Source: Gammaproteobacteria bacterium
GTDB lineage: Bacteria; Pseudomonadota; Gammaproteobacteria; Eutrophobiales; Eutrophobiaceae
DNA length: 64,000 bases
Assembly (NCBI GenBank): GCA_965221695.1
Contig: OZ244905.1
Coordinates: 1,664,001-1,728,000 of the forward strand
Reading direction: 5' to 3'
The notes below the pieces were generated by a model. It was not told the DNA's origin, searched no databases, and was given only the letters and a program-made list of their open reading frames with translations. Below, piece after piece: positions 28,199 to 37,635 of the stretch. Numbering within the stretch: position 1 is the first letter of the stretch; every line of letters begins with the position of its first letter. Both the position numbers and the translations under genes were made by a program.

Positions 28199-29759
28199 CG
28201 GAAAGCCTTTTTGACAATTGATTTCTTAGTATTTCATTGGTGAAACGACGAATCGCGGACGGATGATGGTCGCCGAGTTCACTAGACACGATCTCGGCAA
28301 GTGCCATAGCAGCGGCAATGTTTAGAACAGCGGTAAAGCTCTCGGAATCGAGCGTCGGAAACTGGGCCATGAACGGGTGCAACATCGCGATGCGGATGGT
28401 TATCTGACGAGGTTCCGGATCAGAGATTGACGGACGATTCTGGATGTCCAGCCAATCTGCACCATTGTCCGCATAGGAAAGTTCTATTCCGACAATCCAA
28501 TCCTCACTACGAAAACGCATACGAATGCGCACATGCTCATTGTCACTTTCAGGAATGTCGGGCAATGGCGTGTTTTTATCTTGCACTGCGTTAAATTGGT
28601 AAGAGGCGCCTTGGCCGACCGATTGTGTTGCCGATGTCAGGCTTTGATTATTCAGTTGCTCAGCCATGGACATCAGTGCGGATGTAGCATCCTTGCGAGT
28701 GGCCTTCACATCCTTCTTGCTCCGGTGCTCGCGCACCTGCTGAAGCAATGGTAGTCCGTCTCCCGAAAGCATCATGCGGAGTTCTTTTAGGAAAGTTTCT
28801 TCAGCGTCCTCCCACTTGATGCCGTCCTTCGTATGACTGACGTGAAATCCCTTGAGGTGAATTTCACCAAAAATTCGCTGAAACGCGAAGGTGTTAGAGC
28901 GTCCGAATATGTGCTCGGGGCGGTAGGTCTCGTCGAAGCTTCCCATGATCAGCCGCTTACGCCGAAAGAGTGCCAAACCCGCAAAGCGTGTGCTGCCGGT
29001 TTCACGGATTGCAACGAAACCCGTTGCGGTTCTGTCGTCACCTAGATCAATTTCGATGTCCTTCTTCCAGGTGATGGAGGGGCCATCAGGGTCGCGGTAA
29101 CTCGGCGCGACTAGTATGTCAGGATCTTTGTAAAGCAGCGGATCGCCATCCACTGTCAACTGCATAAAACCATCTCGGATGAATGCGCGATATATACTGG
29201 AAAGATGATCCTTGATCTTCTGAACCGTCCGCCCTTGCGGGAAGCGGCGAATATTGTCAAGTCGGATTTCCGTATAGTGTTTGCCGGCAGATACATTTGT
29301 TGAGATGACGTGCAGTTCTTCCGTGCTGTCCTCCACAATTTTTTCGATGTCGAAGATGACAGAGCGCTCAATATTCTCTCCGAGCGCTGAGGTCCGCACA
29401 GTCCAGTTTGGTGAAAACCAACAAGCTGCGCTTTTCATTCCCATACCAAACTCCGATAGGCCGGACGCATCGGGTGGTATCTCTGCCGGGCGAAAAGCCC
29501 GCCGATAGTCTGACATCGCTATTCCTGCTGCATTGTCACGGATCGTAATGCAGTTCTCTTGCGGTACGAAGCGGATATCGACATGAAGCCTATAGTTTGC
29601 GCCGTCAGTAGCCCTGAGACTTCTCTGATTATCTAGGCTGCTTTGTATTGCGTTATCGACGAATTCCGCCAATGCGTACCACGCCTTATAGTTCAAATGC
29701 GGCAGAACTGAAAGAACATTTACACCAGGGCGAATGTTAACGGAATTCAGTAGTGACAT
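28191..29759 (-). CDS. MORC/MutL-like GHKL ATPase (MzaB-like)
   Basis: ALAEFVDNAIQS, IRDNAAGI, SEFGMGMKSA, YTEIRL GHKL boxes plus an S5-like domain. Confidence 0.9.
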   Translation of the reverse strand: MSLLNSVNIRPGVNVLSVLPHLNYKAWYALAEFVDNAIQSSLDNQRSLRATDGANYRLHVDIRFVPQENCITIRDNAAGIAMSDYRRAFRPAEIPPDASGLSEFGMGMKSAACWFSPNWTVRTSALGENIERSVIFDIEKIVEDSTEELHVISTNVSAGKHYTEIRLDNIRRFPQGRTVQKIKDHLSSIYRAFIRDGFMQLTVDGDPLLYKDPDILVAPSYRDPDGPSITWKKDIEIDLGDDRTATGFVAIRETGSTRFAGLALFRRKRLIMGSFDETYRPEHIFGRSNTFAFQRIFGEIHLKGFHVSHTKDGIKWEDAEETFLKELRMMLSGDGLPLLQQVREHRSKKDVKATRKDATSALMSMAEQLNNQSLTSATQSVGQGASYQFNAVQDKNTPLPDIPESDNEHVRIRMRFRSEDWIVGIELSYADNGADWLDIQNRPSISDPEPRQITIRIAMLHPFMAQFPTLDSESFTAVLNIAAAMALAEIVSSELGDHHPSAIRRFTNEILRNQLSKRLSDG

Positions 29760-29775
29760 TACTCAACTGCCACAT

Positions 29776-31062
29776 CTATATGGACTGCGCTCTTAATGTG
29801 GGCTTGCCTATTAAGGCATCACAAATATTACGCACGACATCGACATTGACGGCATTTCCAAATGCTTTATAGGCGTCGTTCTTTGTGTCGGGTAGATGGG
29901 TAAGTGAACCCATACTTTGCAGTCGGCTGCATTCGCGTGGAGTCATATAGCGCTTTTGCCATGCAATTATAGGGACCTGGCTGGTCGTCATTGCAATAAG
30001 CGATGGGGCGGCTTCATCCTTTTTTACGCGAATGCCGCTCGCCCGAAACTGGATGAGGTGTTTCCATATACTGCGCTCGGCCCCTTTACAGTTCCACTCA
30101 AGTTTCTGAAAGCTCGGGGGAAACTTTTTGATCTTGTCGATCCAAGGGTCAATTATTGAGTGGTGGACTGCATAAAATGCGCGGTTCTTCATAATAAAGT
30201 CGATCTTCCAACCCGGAAACGTTTTGAGCGATGTGCGCGCATAGGAGGGTAAAGCTGCTTCGACCTGTTCTAGAGATAGGCCAGCCAGAGGAACTCCGAA
30301 CGCCCCCTTGAAGCCGTCAAGCCCGGCGTAACCGCGCGCATGCGGCGTCAGGCCATCTAGTGGATAGTCAGCCCCGAACTCCATAGCCCAAATCGGGAAT
30401 GTAGGCAGGGATTGATCTGTCGGAAATGCTGCGATGAAGTCCTGCCATGTTTCCAGATAAAGGAGATGATCGTTATTTAGTCCCTGCGCTTCGAGCGGCT
30501 CATCATCAAGAATTGAACGGATGGACGTTCGCGGAACAGTTTCCGGGATTGGCCAAGTGAAGTCATCCAAACTCTCTCGATCACCGACAATGAAGGCGCG
30601 CTCACGCTTTTGAGGAATGCCAAACATATGCGGCGATAGGCGCTCAAAGCTAATGTCATAACCAGCATCTTTGAGTCGATTGCAGATTATTGACCAAGTC
30701 TGCCCCCCGTTGTGGCGGATCAAGTTAGGAACATTTTCGATTATGAAAAAGCGAGGCTTCTTCAGCTTCAAGATCGCTACAACGTAGTCAAAGAGATTCC
30801 CCCATTGTGGACATTCAAGGCCCTTTTGGTCCCCGGCCTTTGAGAACGGCTGGCATGGGAAGCCTGCACAAAGAATGTCGTGCTCTGGGATGATGGCGAG
30901 GTTGATTTTTCGAATATCACCAGCGGGTTCTATGCCAAAGTTCTTCCTGTAGAGATCGGCAAGCACATCATTGAGTTCGGATGCGAAAACACATTCTGCT
31001 CCTCGGCTTTTTAGCGCTTGATGGAAGCCGCCTAGCCCGGCAAAGAGATCAATGAACTTCAT
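29776..31062 (-). CDS. dcm: DNA cytosine-5 methyltransferase (ORF track extends to 31140)
   Basis: FIDLFAGLGG (motif I), AGFPCQPFS (IV), ENV (VI), QKRER (VIII), RYMTPRECSRLQ and GNAV (IX/X). Confidence 0.95.
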   Translation of the reverse strand: MKFIDLFAGLGGFHQALKSRGAECVFASELNDVLADLYRKNFGIEPAGDIRKINLAIIPEHDILCAGFPCQPFSKAGDQKGLECPQWGNLFDYVVAILKLKKPRFFIIENVPNLIRHNGGQTWSIICNRLKDAGYDISFERLSPHMFGIPQKRERAFIVGDRESLDDFTWPIPETVPRTSIRSILDDEPLEAQGLNNDHLLYLETWQDFIAAFPTDQSLPTFPIWAMEFGADYPLDGLTPHARGYAGLDGFKGAFGVPLAGLSLEQVEAALPSYARTSLKTFPGWKIDFIMKNRAFYAVHHSIIDPWIDKIKKFPPSFQKLEWNCKGAERSIWKHLIQFRASGIRVKKDEAAPSLIAMTTSQVPIIAWQKRYMTPRECSRLQSMGSLTHLPDTKNDAYKAFGNAVNVDVVRNICDALIGKPTLRAQSI

Positions 31063-31199
31063 GGAATCGTTGTGTTCTCCGCAGAGCGCTCTCCGAACGC
31101 GTATGGGTAAGTTTGTGACGCGGTGGTCTTCGGGCGACATGCGGCTTTCCCACTTGATTGTTTGGTGAGAATCTCGGTTTGTTGTGCCGCCACACTCAC

Positions 31200-31391
31200 G
31201 ATGTTAGCTACATCAATAAATGCCATTGGTCGGCAACTTACTTTAACAGCATCCCGAACGACCCAAGAAATGGAGACCTTTTTCTGAGCCGCGATTAGTT
31301 GCTCCACAATGTGATCTAGCTCAGATGGAAAGCTAACTGAGGCTCGGTGTGAAGGTGGTCGGCGCACATCTTTCGCTGCTGCCTTTCCCAT
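31200..31391 (-). pseudogene. Ribbon-helix-helix (CopG-like) regulator, apparently frameshifted
   Basis: RASVSFPSELDHIVEQLIAAQKKVSISWVVRDAV; the family-typical ending is in another frame as K*VADQWHLL. Confidence 0.65.
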
Positions 31392-31480
31392 GTCTGCCAG
31401 TCTTCGAAAAGGAAGTGCATCATTCTACACCAAGGTGGTGTAACTCACAATTCCCCATCCCCCATCCCCCATTTCCTAGA

Positions 31481-31767
31481 TATCGAATATTGTTTGCTCC
31501 TGGCGTTATTTCATGTGAGTATGAGTATCATAATTCCAAGTAAACGCAAACAACGAAACTATTCCCGATATCATGGGCAAAAAGATATTAAACTGGCTTC
31601 GAGGAGCAACCACTACAGTTGATTTATGGCCTGACACCTCTTCAAGGATGAGACAGAAGTTTTTGAATCGTTCAGATAAAGACGCCTTGACTCAGGATTG
31701 GAATCGCATTGGGAACGACATGAAAGACGCCATAGGGAAATATGAGCAAGACCAAACCAAGACGTAG
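31481..31767 (+). repeat. Defence-island module, copy 3 (small ORF intact)
   Basis: Same ~90-bp leader as 22905 and 23985, followed by an intact 64-aa ORF. Confidence 0.85.
31573..31767 (+). CDS. Small hypothetical protein (64 aa) of the type found upstream of DUF2335 genes
   Basis: SDKDALTQDWNRIGNDMKDAIGKY motif; overlapping downstream ATG at 31742 (MSKTKPRRSAQRP...) looks like a truncated partner gene. Confidence 0.7.
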   Translation: MGKKILNWLRGATTTVDLWPDTSSRMRQKFLNRSDKDALTQDWNRIGNDMKDAIGKYEQDQTKT

Positions 31768-31837
31768 CGCTCAACGACCTGGCGGGGGCTGGGCGCCAAG
31801 GCAGAGGCGCTATCCGTAATCAGGACTAGTCGGGCAG

Positions 31838-32323
31838 TTACCGGCAGGCAGCATATAACCCGGGGCAGGCGCGCTCGATCATGTCGAGCACATCCTCGAA
31901 GCCCTGGGGGCCGCCGTAGTAGGGGTCAGGCACATCAGGCGCCAGTTCGGGGCGGTCTTGCCAGGACGGGAGAAATGATCCCAGTAGCCGAATATGGGGT
32001 TGGGGGCCGCCGGCGAGTTCTTCCAGGTAACGCAGGTTGTCCCGGTCCATGGCCACGATCAGGTCGAATTCGTCCAGGTCTTCGAATATGACCTGGCGCG
32101 AGATGGACGTCAGTGTATAACCGCGCTCAGATGCGGCTGCGCGCATACGCGGGTCGGCGGGCCTGCCGCTGTGGTAGTCGATGATACCCGCAGAATCGAT
32201 GTGAAAATCCTCCGCCGCGCGTTGCTGTTCGGCGTAATGCCTGAATACGCCTTCCGCCGCCGGTGATCGGCAGATATTTCCCATACAGACAAACAGGACG
32301 GTTGACTTGGTTTGCTGCACCAT
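31838..32323 (-). CDS. Low molecular weight protein-tyrosine phosphatase
   Basis: VCMGNICRS P-loop and DPYYG. Confidence 0.95.
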   Translation of the reverse strand: MVQQTKSTVLFVCMGNICRSPAAEGVFRHYAEQQRAAEDFHIDSAGIIDYHSGRPADPRMRAAASERGYTLTSISRQVIFEDLDEFDLIVAMDRDNLRYLEELAGGPQPHIRLLGSFLPSWQDRPELAPDVPDPYYGGPQGFEDVLDMIERACPGLYAACR

Positions 32324-32324
32324 A

Positions 32325-33179
32325 TTACTGACTCAGACCTAGTGCAGCCCATATTGCTTCGGATGCGTCGGCTTTGTTCATCGTATAGATATGCAGACCG
32401 GGCGCGCCGTTATCCAGCAATCGGGCGCACAGGCTGGTGGCAACGTCAATGCCGAAACTGCGGATCGCGGCGAGGTCATCGCCGAAGTCCTCCAGGCGTT
32501 TCAGGATCCAGCGCGGAATTTCAGCGCCGCACATGGTCGAGAAGCGGACAAGCTGGTCGCGGTTGCTGATAGGCATGATCCCGGGAACGATAGGGATATC
32601 TATTCCCAGCGCCGAACAACTGTCCAGGAAGCGAAAATAGGCATCGATATTGTAAAAATACTGGGTGATTGCGCTGTCGGCGCCGGCATCCACTTTCCTC
32701 CTGAAATTATCCAGGTCTTTTTCTGCGCTATGGGCCTGGGGATGGAATTCCGGATAGCATCCCACATCAATATGGAAGTGGCGGCCGGTCTCAGCGCGGA
32801 TAAACTCAACCAGTTCGTTCGCAAAACGCAGCGCGCCTGTTCCGGCAAGACCGGAAGGCCGGTCGCCACGCAGGGCTACCAGGTGATCAAACCCGTGATT
32901 CTTATAATTTTGCAGTATTTCCCTGAGGTCTTCCGCGGAAGAATCAATACAGGACACATGCGGCGCCGCTTCTATCCCGGTCGTGTCATTGATAAACCGG
33001 GCTGTTTCAAAGGTCTTGTCCCGAGTACTGCCGCCGGCGCCGAACGTGACCGAAAAATAATCCGGTTGCAATCGCCGCAGCCGGGCCACGGTCGCGTGCA
33101 GGGACTGCTCCGCAGCCGGCGTCCTGGGAGGGAAAAACTCGAAACTGAGTTTAAGGGTATTACGGTCCGGCCGGCTCAA
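32325..33179 (-). CDS. metF: Methylenetetrahydrofolate reductase
   Basis: [34 protein letters not shown]. Confidence 0.97.
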   Translation of the reverse strand: MSRPDRNTLKLSFEFFPPRTPAAEQSLHATVARLRRLQPDYFSVTFGAGGSTRDKTFETARFINDTTGIEAAPHVSCIDSSAEDLREILQNYKNHGFDHLVALRGDRPSGLAGTGALRFANELVEFIRAETGRHFHIDVGCYPEFHPQAHSAEKDLDNFRRKVDAGADSAITQYFYNIDAYFRFLDSCSALGIDIPIVPGIMPISNRDQLVRFSTMCGAEIPRWILKRLEDFGDDLAAIRSFGIDVATSLCARLLDNGAPGLHIYTMNKADASEAIWAALGLSQ

Positions 33180-34591
33180 TAGCGATAATGTTCCGGCTTG
33201 TAAGGGCCGCTCGCCGGGATTCCCAGGTACTCTGCCTGCTGCTCGGTGAGCGTGGTCAGTTTGGCGCCGATACGGTCAAGGTGCAGGCTGGCCACCTTCT
33301 CATCCAGGCGCTTGGGCAACACATAGACATCTGCCTGGTAGTTATCCCGGTGGCGAAACAGCTCAATCTGCGCCAGCGCCTGATTGGTAAACGAGTTGGA
33401 CATGACAAAACTGGGGTGGCCGGTGGCGCAACCCAGGTTTACCAGGCGTCCCTTTGCCAACAGGATGATGCGCTTGCCGTCCGGGAAGATAACATGGTCC
33501 ACCTGCGCTTTGATCTCTTCCCAGCGGTAGTCCTGTAACGCGGCCACATCGATCTCATTGTCGAAATGGCCGATGTTGCAGACGATCGCCTGATCCTTCA
33601 TGGCAAGCATATGCTCATGCGTGATCACCTGAAAATTGCCGGTGGCGGTGACAAAGATGTCTGCCTCAGCGCAGACATCGTCCATTCTGACCACGCGGTA
33701 ACCTTCCATGGCCGCTTGCAACGCGCAGATCGGGTCGACTTCAGTGACGCAGACCGTTGCGCCCAGCCCGCGCAAGGATTGCGCGCAGCCCTTGCCCACA
33801 TCGCCGTAACCCAGGACCACTGCGGTCTTGCCGGCAATCATCACATCGGTGGCGCGCTTGATACCGTCTACCAGGGATTCCCGGCATCCGTACAGGTTGT
33901 CGAACTTGGACTTGGTCACTGAATCATTCACGTTGATCGCGGAGAACGGCAGCGTGCCGTTCTGTTTCATCTGGTAGAGGCGGTTCACGCCCGTGGTGGT
34001 TTCTTCGGTCACGCCGATGATGTTATCCCGAATCCGGCTATACCAGCCGGGTTTTGTTTCAAGCCGCTGTTTGATCGCGGCAAACAGATGCTGCTCTTCT
34101 TCGCTGCTCGGATTATCCAGTATTGACGGGTCCTGCTCAGCGCTGGCGCCAAGGGTCACCAGCAGCGTCGCGTCGCCGCCGTCATCCAGGATCATATTAG
34201 GCGCTTCCCCATCGGGCCACTGCATGATTTTGTGAGTAAATTCCCAGTACTCCTCCAGGGTCTCCCCTTTGTGGGCAAACACGGGAATGCCTTGATCAGC
34301 GATTGCCGCCGCGGCATGGTCCTGGGTGGAAAAGATATTACAGGACGCCCAGCGCACTTCCGCGCCCAGGGCTACCAGGGTTTCGATCAATACGGCCGTC
34401 TGTATGGTCATGTGCAGCGAACCGGCGATACGCGCGCCCTTCAAGGGCTGCTGCGGAGCGAACTCTTCCCGCACCGAGATCAGGCCCGGCATCTCGGTTT
34501 CGGCAATGCGGATCTCCTTGTGCCCCCATTCAGCCAGGGACAGGTCGGCAACCTGGTAATCGGAAAATAGATTTCGGACTGCAACGCTCAT
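33176..34591 (-). CDS. ahcY: Adenosylhomocysteinase
   Basis: [56 protein letters not shown]. Confidence 0.98.
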   Translation of the reverse strand: MSVAVRNLFSDYQVADLSLAEWGHKEIRIAETEMPGLISVREEFAPQQPLKGARIAGSLHMTIQTAVLIETLVALGAEVRWASCNIFSTQDHAAAAIADQGIPVFAHKGETLEEYWEFTHKIMQWPDGEAPNMILDDGGDATLLVTLGASAEQDPSILDNPSSEEEQHLFAAIKQRLETKPGWYSRIRDNIIGVTEETTTGVNRLYQMKQNGTLPFSAINVNDSVTKSKFDNLYGCRESLVDGIKRATDVMIAGKTAVVLGYGDVGKGCAQSLRGLGATVCVTEVDPICALQAAMEGYRVVRMDDVCAEADIFVTATGNFQVITHEHMLAMKDQAIVCNIGHFDNEIDVAALQDYRWEEIKAQVDHVIFPDGKRIILLAKGRLVNLGCATGHPSFVMSNSFTNQALAQIELFRHRDNYQADVYVLPKRLDEKVASLHLDRIGAKLTTLTEQQAEYLGIPASGPYKPEHYRY

Positions 34592-34612
34592 CTTGTTCTC
34601 CTAAAAGTCAAG

Positions 34613-34682
34613 CGAGCGCCGTTATAAAACAGAGGTGGTCTGAGCCTGGTGGGGCAACCCCATCGCAGCGCTCCTCAGACCT
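34613..34682 (-). ncRNA. SAH riboswitch
   Basis: Minus strand reads CTGAGGAGCGCTGCGATGGGGTTGCCCCACCAGGCTCAG...AACGGCGCTCG, the SAH riboswitch consensus with the GAGCGC/GCGCTC pseudoknot, just upstream of the ahcY RBS. Confidence 0.9.
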
Positions 34683-34798
34683 GAATCGCAGGTTTGTCAG
34701 TCTAGCACAACACCTGTCGCAAATGAAAGAGGAAGGGAGAGGGGAAAAATTTCCCTGCCTTTGCGAATTATTAGGTGCGCAAAGTTTATACTGGAGCC

Positions 34799-34835
34799 TT
34801 AAGGAACCTCTGATTAAGTCTCAGAGGTTCCTTAA
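34799..34835. repeat. Family A short hairpin
   Basis: TTAAGGAACCTCTGATTAAGTCTCAGAGGTTCCTTAA with a perfect stem. Confidence 0.85.
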
Positions 34836-34850
34836 TATCCACTATCGATA

Positions 34851-35099
34851 ACTAGCCCGAATATCTCACCAATTCGCTTGTTAGCATCGGATAGATGTTT
34901 ACTGTCAATGAGTTATGGTAATCTGTCGAGTATGTCGCCATTACACACTGCGCTTGATGCGCCCTCGCTGGTCTTTTTTGCGTTAGCGGGCACATGCTCC
35001 CTCAACCAGAAGAACCACTATGCTTTCGGTCGCGAGTACCCGCTAACGCAAAAAATCCTCAGCGATCATCGCATCAATTGGTGAGATATTCGGGCTAGT
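34851..35099. mobile_element. MITE (family C) with 24-bp perfect terminal inverted repeats
   Basis: ACTAGCCCGAATATCTCACCAATT...AATTGGTGAGATATTCGGGCTAGT; CTAG at both ends; internal 17-bp IR TTTTTTGCGTTAGCGGG/CCCGCTAACGCAAAAAA. Confidence 0.85.
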
Positions 35100-35136
35100 A
35101 CTCTTTCAAGAAACTCTACTGAAAGGAGATTGTGAA

Positions 35137-35664
35137 ATGAAATATTTTATTTTTGCGTTTTTCCTGCCAATGCTGATCAGCTTGTCAGTTTTCTCCGAAG
35201 AGGGAAGCTATGATGAAAGCCATATGAGCAAGTGTGCGATGGTGGGTCCCGAGGAGAAAAAACTTGCTAGGGACGATGACAAAGTCAGCGCAGACGAGAA
35301 GGAAATTATGCGACTTGAGCGCGTGTTGTGCTATGCATATCAGGCCGGCAACATGGATCCCATCATGGACATCACCCATGAAAACGCATTTCTGTTCCCG
35401 CCTGGCTATGGTATCGTTTCCGGCAAGGCCGCAATAGGAGAAGCGTATTCATCCTTCAGCGCCGCGAACACGGGCGCAGAAGGCTTTGAACTGGCCTGGG
35501 AGCCTATTGATGCGTTTGTGTCCGGAGACATGGGTTGGGCTTTTGGCATGGTAAGTGTTAAAACGCCCGGCGCCGATGAAGAACTTGGCAAATATGTGTC
35601 TGTATGGGTGAAAGAAAACGGACAGTGGTTCTACGTCGCAGAAATCCGTAATTCCAATAATTAG
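35137..35664 (+). CDS. Secreted NTF2/SnoaL-like (DUF4440/YybH) protein
   Basis: Good RBS (AAGGAG), signal peptide, PPG...GKAAI, SGDMGW, GKYVSVW.KENGQW. Confidence 0.8.
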   Translation: MKYFIFAFFLPMLISLSVFSEEGSYDESHMSKCAMVGPEEKKLARDDDKVSADEKEIMRLERVLCYAYQAGNMDPIMDITHENAFLFPPGYGIVSGKAAIGEAYSSFSAANTGAEGFELAWEPIDAFVSGDMGWAFGMVSVKTPGADEELGKYVSVWVKENGQWFYVAEIRNSNN

Positions 35665-35695
35665 GGAACCTCTGAGACTTAATCATAGGTTTCTT
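35662..35695. repeat. Family A short hairpin overlapping a stop codon
   Basis: TAGGGAACCTCTGAGACTTAATCATAGGTTTCTT. Confidence 0.75.
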
Positions 35696-35723
35696 GCCAG
35701 CACCGCAGAAAACCATACAAAAT

Positions 35724-35996
35724 TCACGAAGATACAGCTTTGTGCAAAATGGACTTTATCCAGGTCTGATAAGGCATCCCCTCACGAATAGCCTGGGCTT
35801 TGAGGCGCACAAGATCAGCTTGCGACACTCTGAGGGTAATCTGAATTGTCTTTTCGTTCAGCGTGTTCTTTGCCGCCGCACGAAACATTTTTAAACGCTC
35901 AGGTGTAAGATTGCTTACGGGAACAAAATCATCTTTGCCTATAGCATTTTCCATACTTTCGATGAGTTCTTTCTCTTCGGGAGGAAATTCAAGCAA
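35724..35996 (-). CDS. CopG/BrnA-like antitoxin (orphan)
   Basis: EEKELIES...ITLRVSQADLVRLKAQAIREGMPYQTWIKSILHK. Confidence 0.75.
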   Translation of the reverse strand: MLEFPPEEKELIESMENAIGKDDFVPVSNLTPERLKMFRAAAKNTLNEKTIQITLRVSQADLVRLKAQAIREGMPYQTWIKSILHKAVSS

Positions 35997-37635
35997 CAGA
36001 CGCTGCTCTGGTCCGGCTGATCTCGACCGTGGCGATCGGTTTAAGGTCGTTTATCTCGCTTAGTGGTTGTGGAGGCCGCCATGCGAACAGGCGGAACGTC
36101 ATTTTCTCCGGGGTGAGATCTATGATTGTGAAACCATTCTTTTCCAATGGCTCAAGTGTGGCGTTGAGTTCCAGCGCTGTCGGCGCCCGCGCCGGCGTGC
36201 CCCTGAATGTAGATGGGAACCCCGGGCCGGCGCTACCCAGCGGGCCTACACAAAATGTATTGACCGGGTGATGTTCGAGTTCCAAGCCGCCACTTCTTGT
36301 AATCTTTGCGGCGGCAAACGCATGCAGGTCGCCATTGATGATCACGGGCGCCCTGCTCTGCTGAGAGGCTAGTGTTTGTAAAATCCGCTGATGTTGTTCC
36401 CACCACCCTGAAGGCCAGTATGGTTTGGGTCTGTCTGTGCCCAGGGCGCCATTTTTTTGTAACACGTCCGGGTACCACTCTCCCCATTTGCCGGCGGACC
36501 AACCGATCGGAGTGGACGGGATATGCAGAAGATGCGCGGTCTCTTCATCGATGGTGCGCGCGGTCAGCCAGGACTCTACCGGTTCAGGCACCATGGTTGC
36601 GGCGGCTCCGTCCAGGCTGACATAACGCTTGGTGTCATACAGCAGGGCTTCCAACAGTTGGCCATAACGGATCGTGCCGAATACCTCAGACAGGCTCGGA
36701 GAACGGTCGGCCGCCGATGAGCCGGGCAGGTTCTCCGGCCGGTTGCGGTCGGGCAGGAATTCAGGGTAATACAGATGTTGCACGGCCCGCGCTGCCGCAA
36801 GATTATGGGCGGTCGGGGGCAAGGTGATGTACTGATCATTGGCCTCGTCATTTTCAAACAGGTCATGGTCATCGGTGAGCATGAATGCCGGTGTTGAACG
36901 CAGACGAGCGCCGTATAAATCGGCAATTTGCGGGTCGCCAATCCGTTTCAGTACCTGCTGGTTTTCAGGCGCTGACACGGGGCGGGTTTTATCCAGCACG
37001 CCGACCCTGGCAAATATTTTTCGCCAGGCATCGGCAAACGGTTTCGGTTTGTTCAGCGCTGTGATCTGGTCCCAGTAGATATGATCACCATTGGCAATCA
37101 CCAGGTCGGGGTTGAAACTCAAGCCTTTTTCCAGCAACTGTTGCCTGGCCTGCAGGGGCAGAAAAAAGAGCGTGCCGTCCGCATAGGCGACATCCTGGTG
37201 GCCGCCGGCGCAGGTAAAAGCAAGGATACGGCACTTGTCAGCCAGTGCATCCGGATGCGGAAACGTCTTGAGTTGCCAGGGATCGCAGAGTAATTCACCT
37301 GCGGCTGACAGAAGTTGCAGACGGCAAGTCCTGTCGGGCGTCAGCCCGTTAGCACGAAACGACCAGAAATAACCCTCGTCATCTCCCTTCACCCCTTGGA
37401 CAATACGGTCATCAACAGCCAAAACCGGCGCCTGCTGCAAGGGTCTGAGGAATGAACTCTTGAGTAAAATCTGCTCATGGCTGACTGCGGGAATCAGGTG
37501 TTTGACCTTGCCCGCAGACCAGTGCGTGCGCGCATCAGCAAGGAGCCGGCTCTGTTTGATAAACAATGCCGGCGGTATCGCAGCCGCGGTTTTGATAAAT
37601 TGCCGGCGTGATGGCGTAAACCTGTTGGCGCTCAT
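35989..37635 (-). CDS. Tat-exported PhoD-like metallophosphoesterase
   Basis: SRRQFIK Tat motif; FTC, NGDHIYWD, DDHD, DTKRY, GDLH. Confidence 0.75.
   Translation of the reverse strand: MSANRFTPSRRQFIKTAAAIPPALFIKQSRLLADARTHWSAGKVKHLIPAVSHEQILLKSSFLRPLQQAPVLAVDDRIVQGVKGDDEGYFWSFRANGLTPDRTCRLQLLSAAGELLCDPWQLKTFPHPDALADKCRILAFTCAGGHQDVAYADGTLFFLPLQARQQLLEKGLSFNPDLVIANGDHIYWDQITALNKPKPFADAWRKIFARVGVLDKTRPVSAPENQQVLKRIGDPQIADLYGARLRSTPAFMLTDDHDLFENDEANDQYITLPPTAHNLAAARAVQHLYYPEFLPDRNRPENLPGSSAADRSPSLSEVFGTIRYGQLLEALLYDTKRYVSLDGAAATMVPEPVESWLTARTIDEETAHLLHIPSTPIGWSAGKWGEWYPDVLQKNGALGTDRPKPYWPSGWWEQHQRILQTLASQQSRAPVIINGDLHAFAAAKITRSGGLELEHHPVNTFCVGPLGSAGPGFPSTFRGTPARAPTALELNATLEPLEKNGFTIIDLTPEKMTFRLFAWRPPQPLSEINDLKPIATVEISRTRAASVA

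Noticed and set aside
22905-31767. Repeats as a CRISPR array
   Set aside because: Units are ~200 bp, diverged, kilobases apart and partly coding; no cas genes are present.
34878-35084. 68-aa ORF
   Set aside because: Lies wholly inside the MITE and has no transposase motif.
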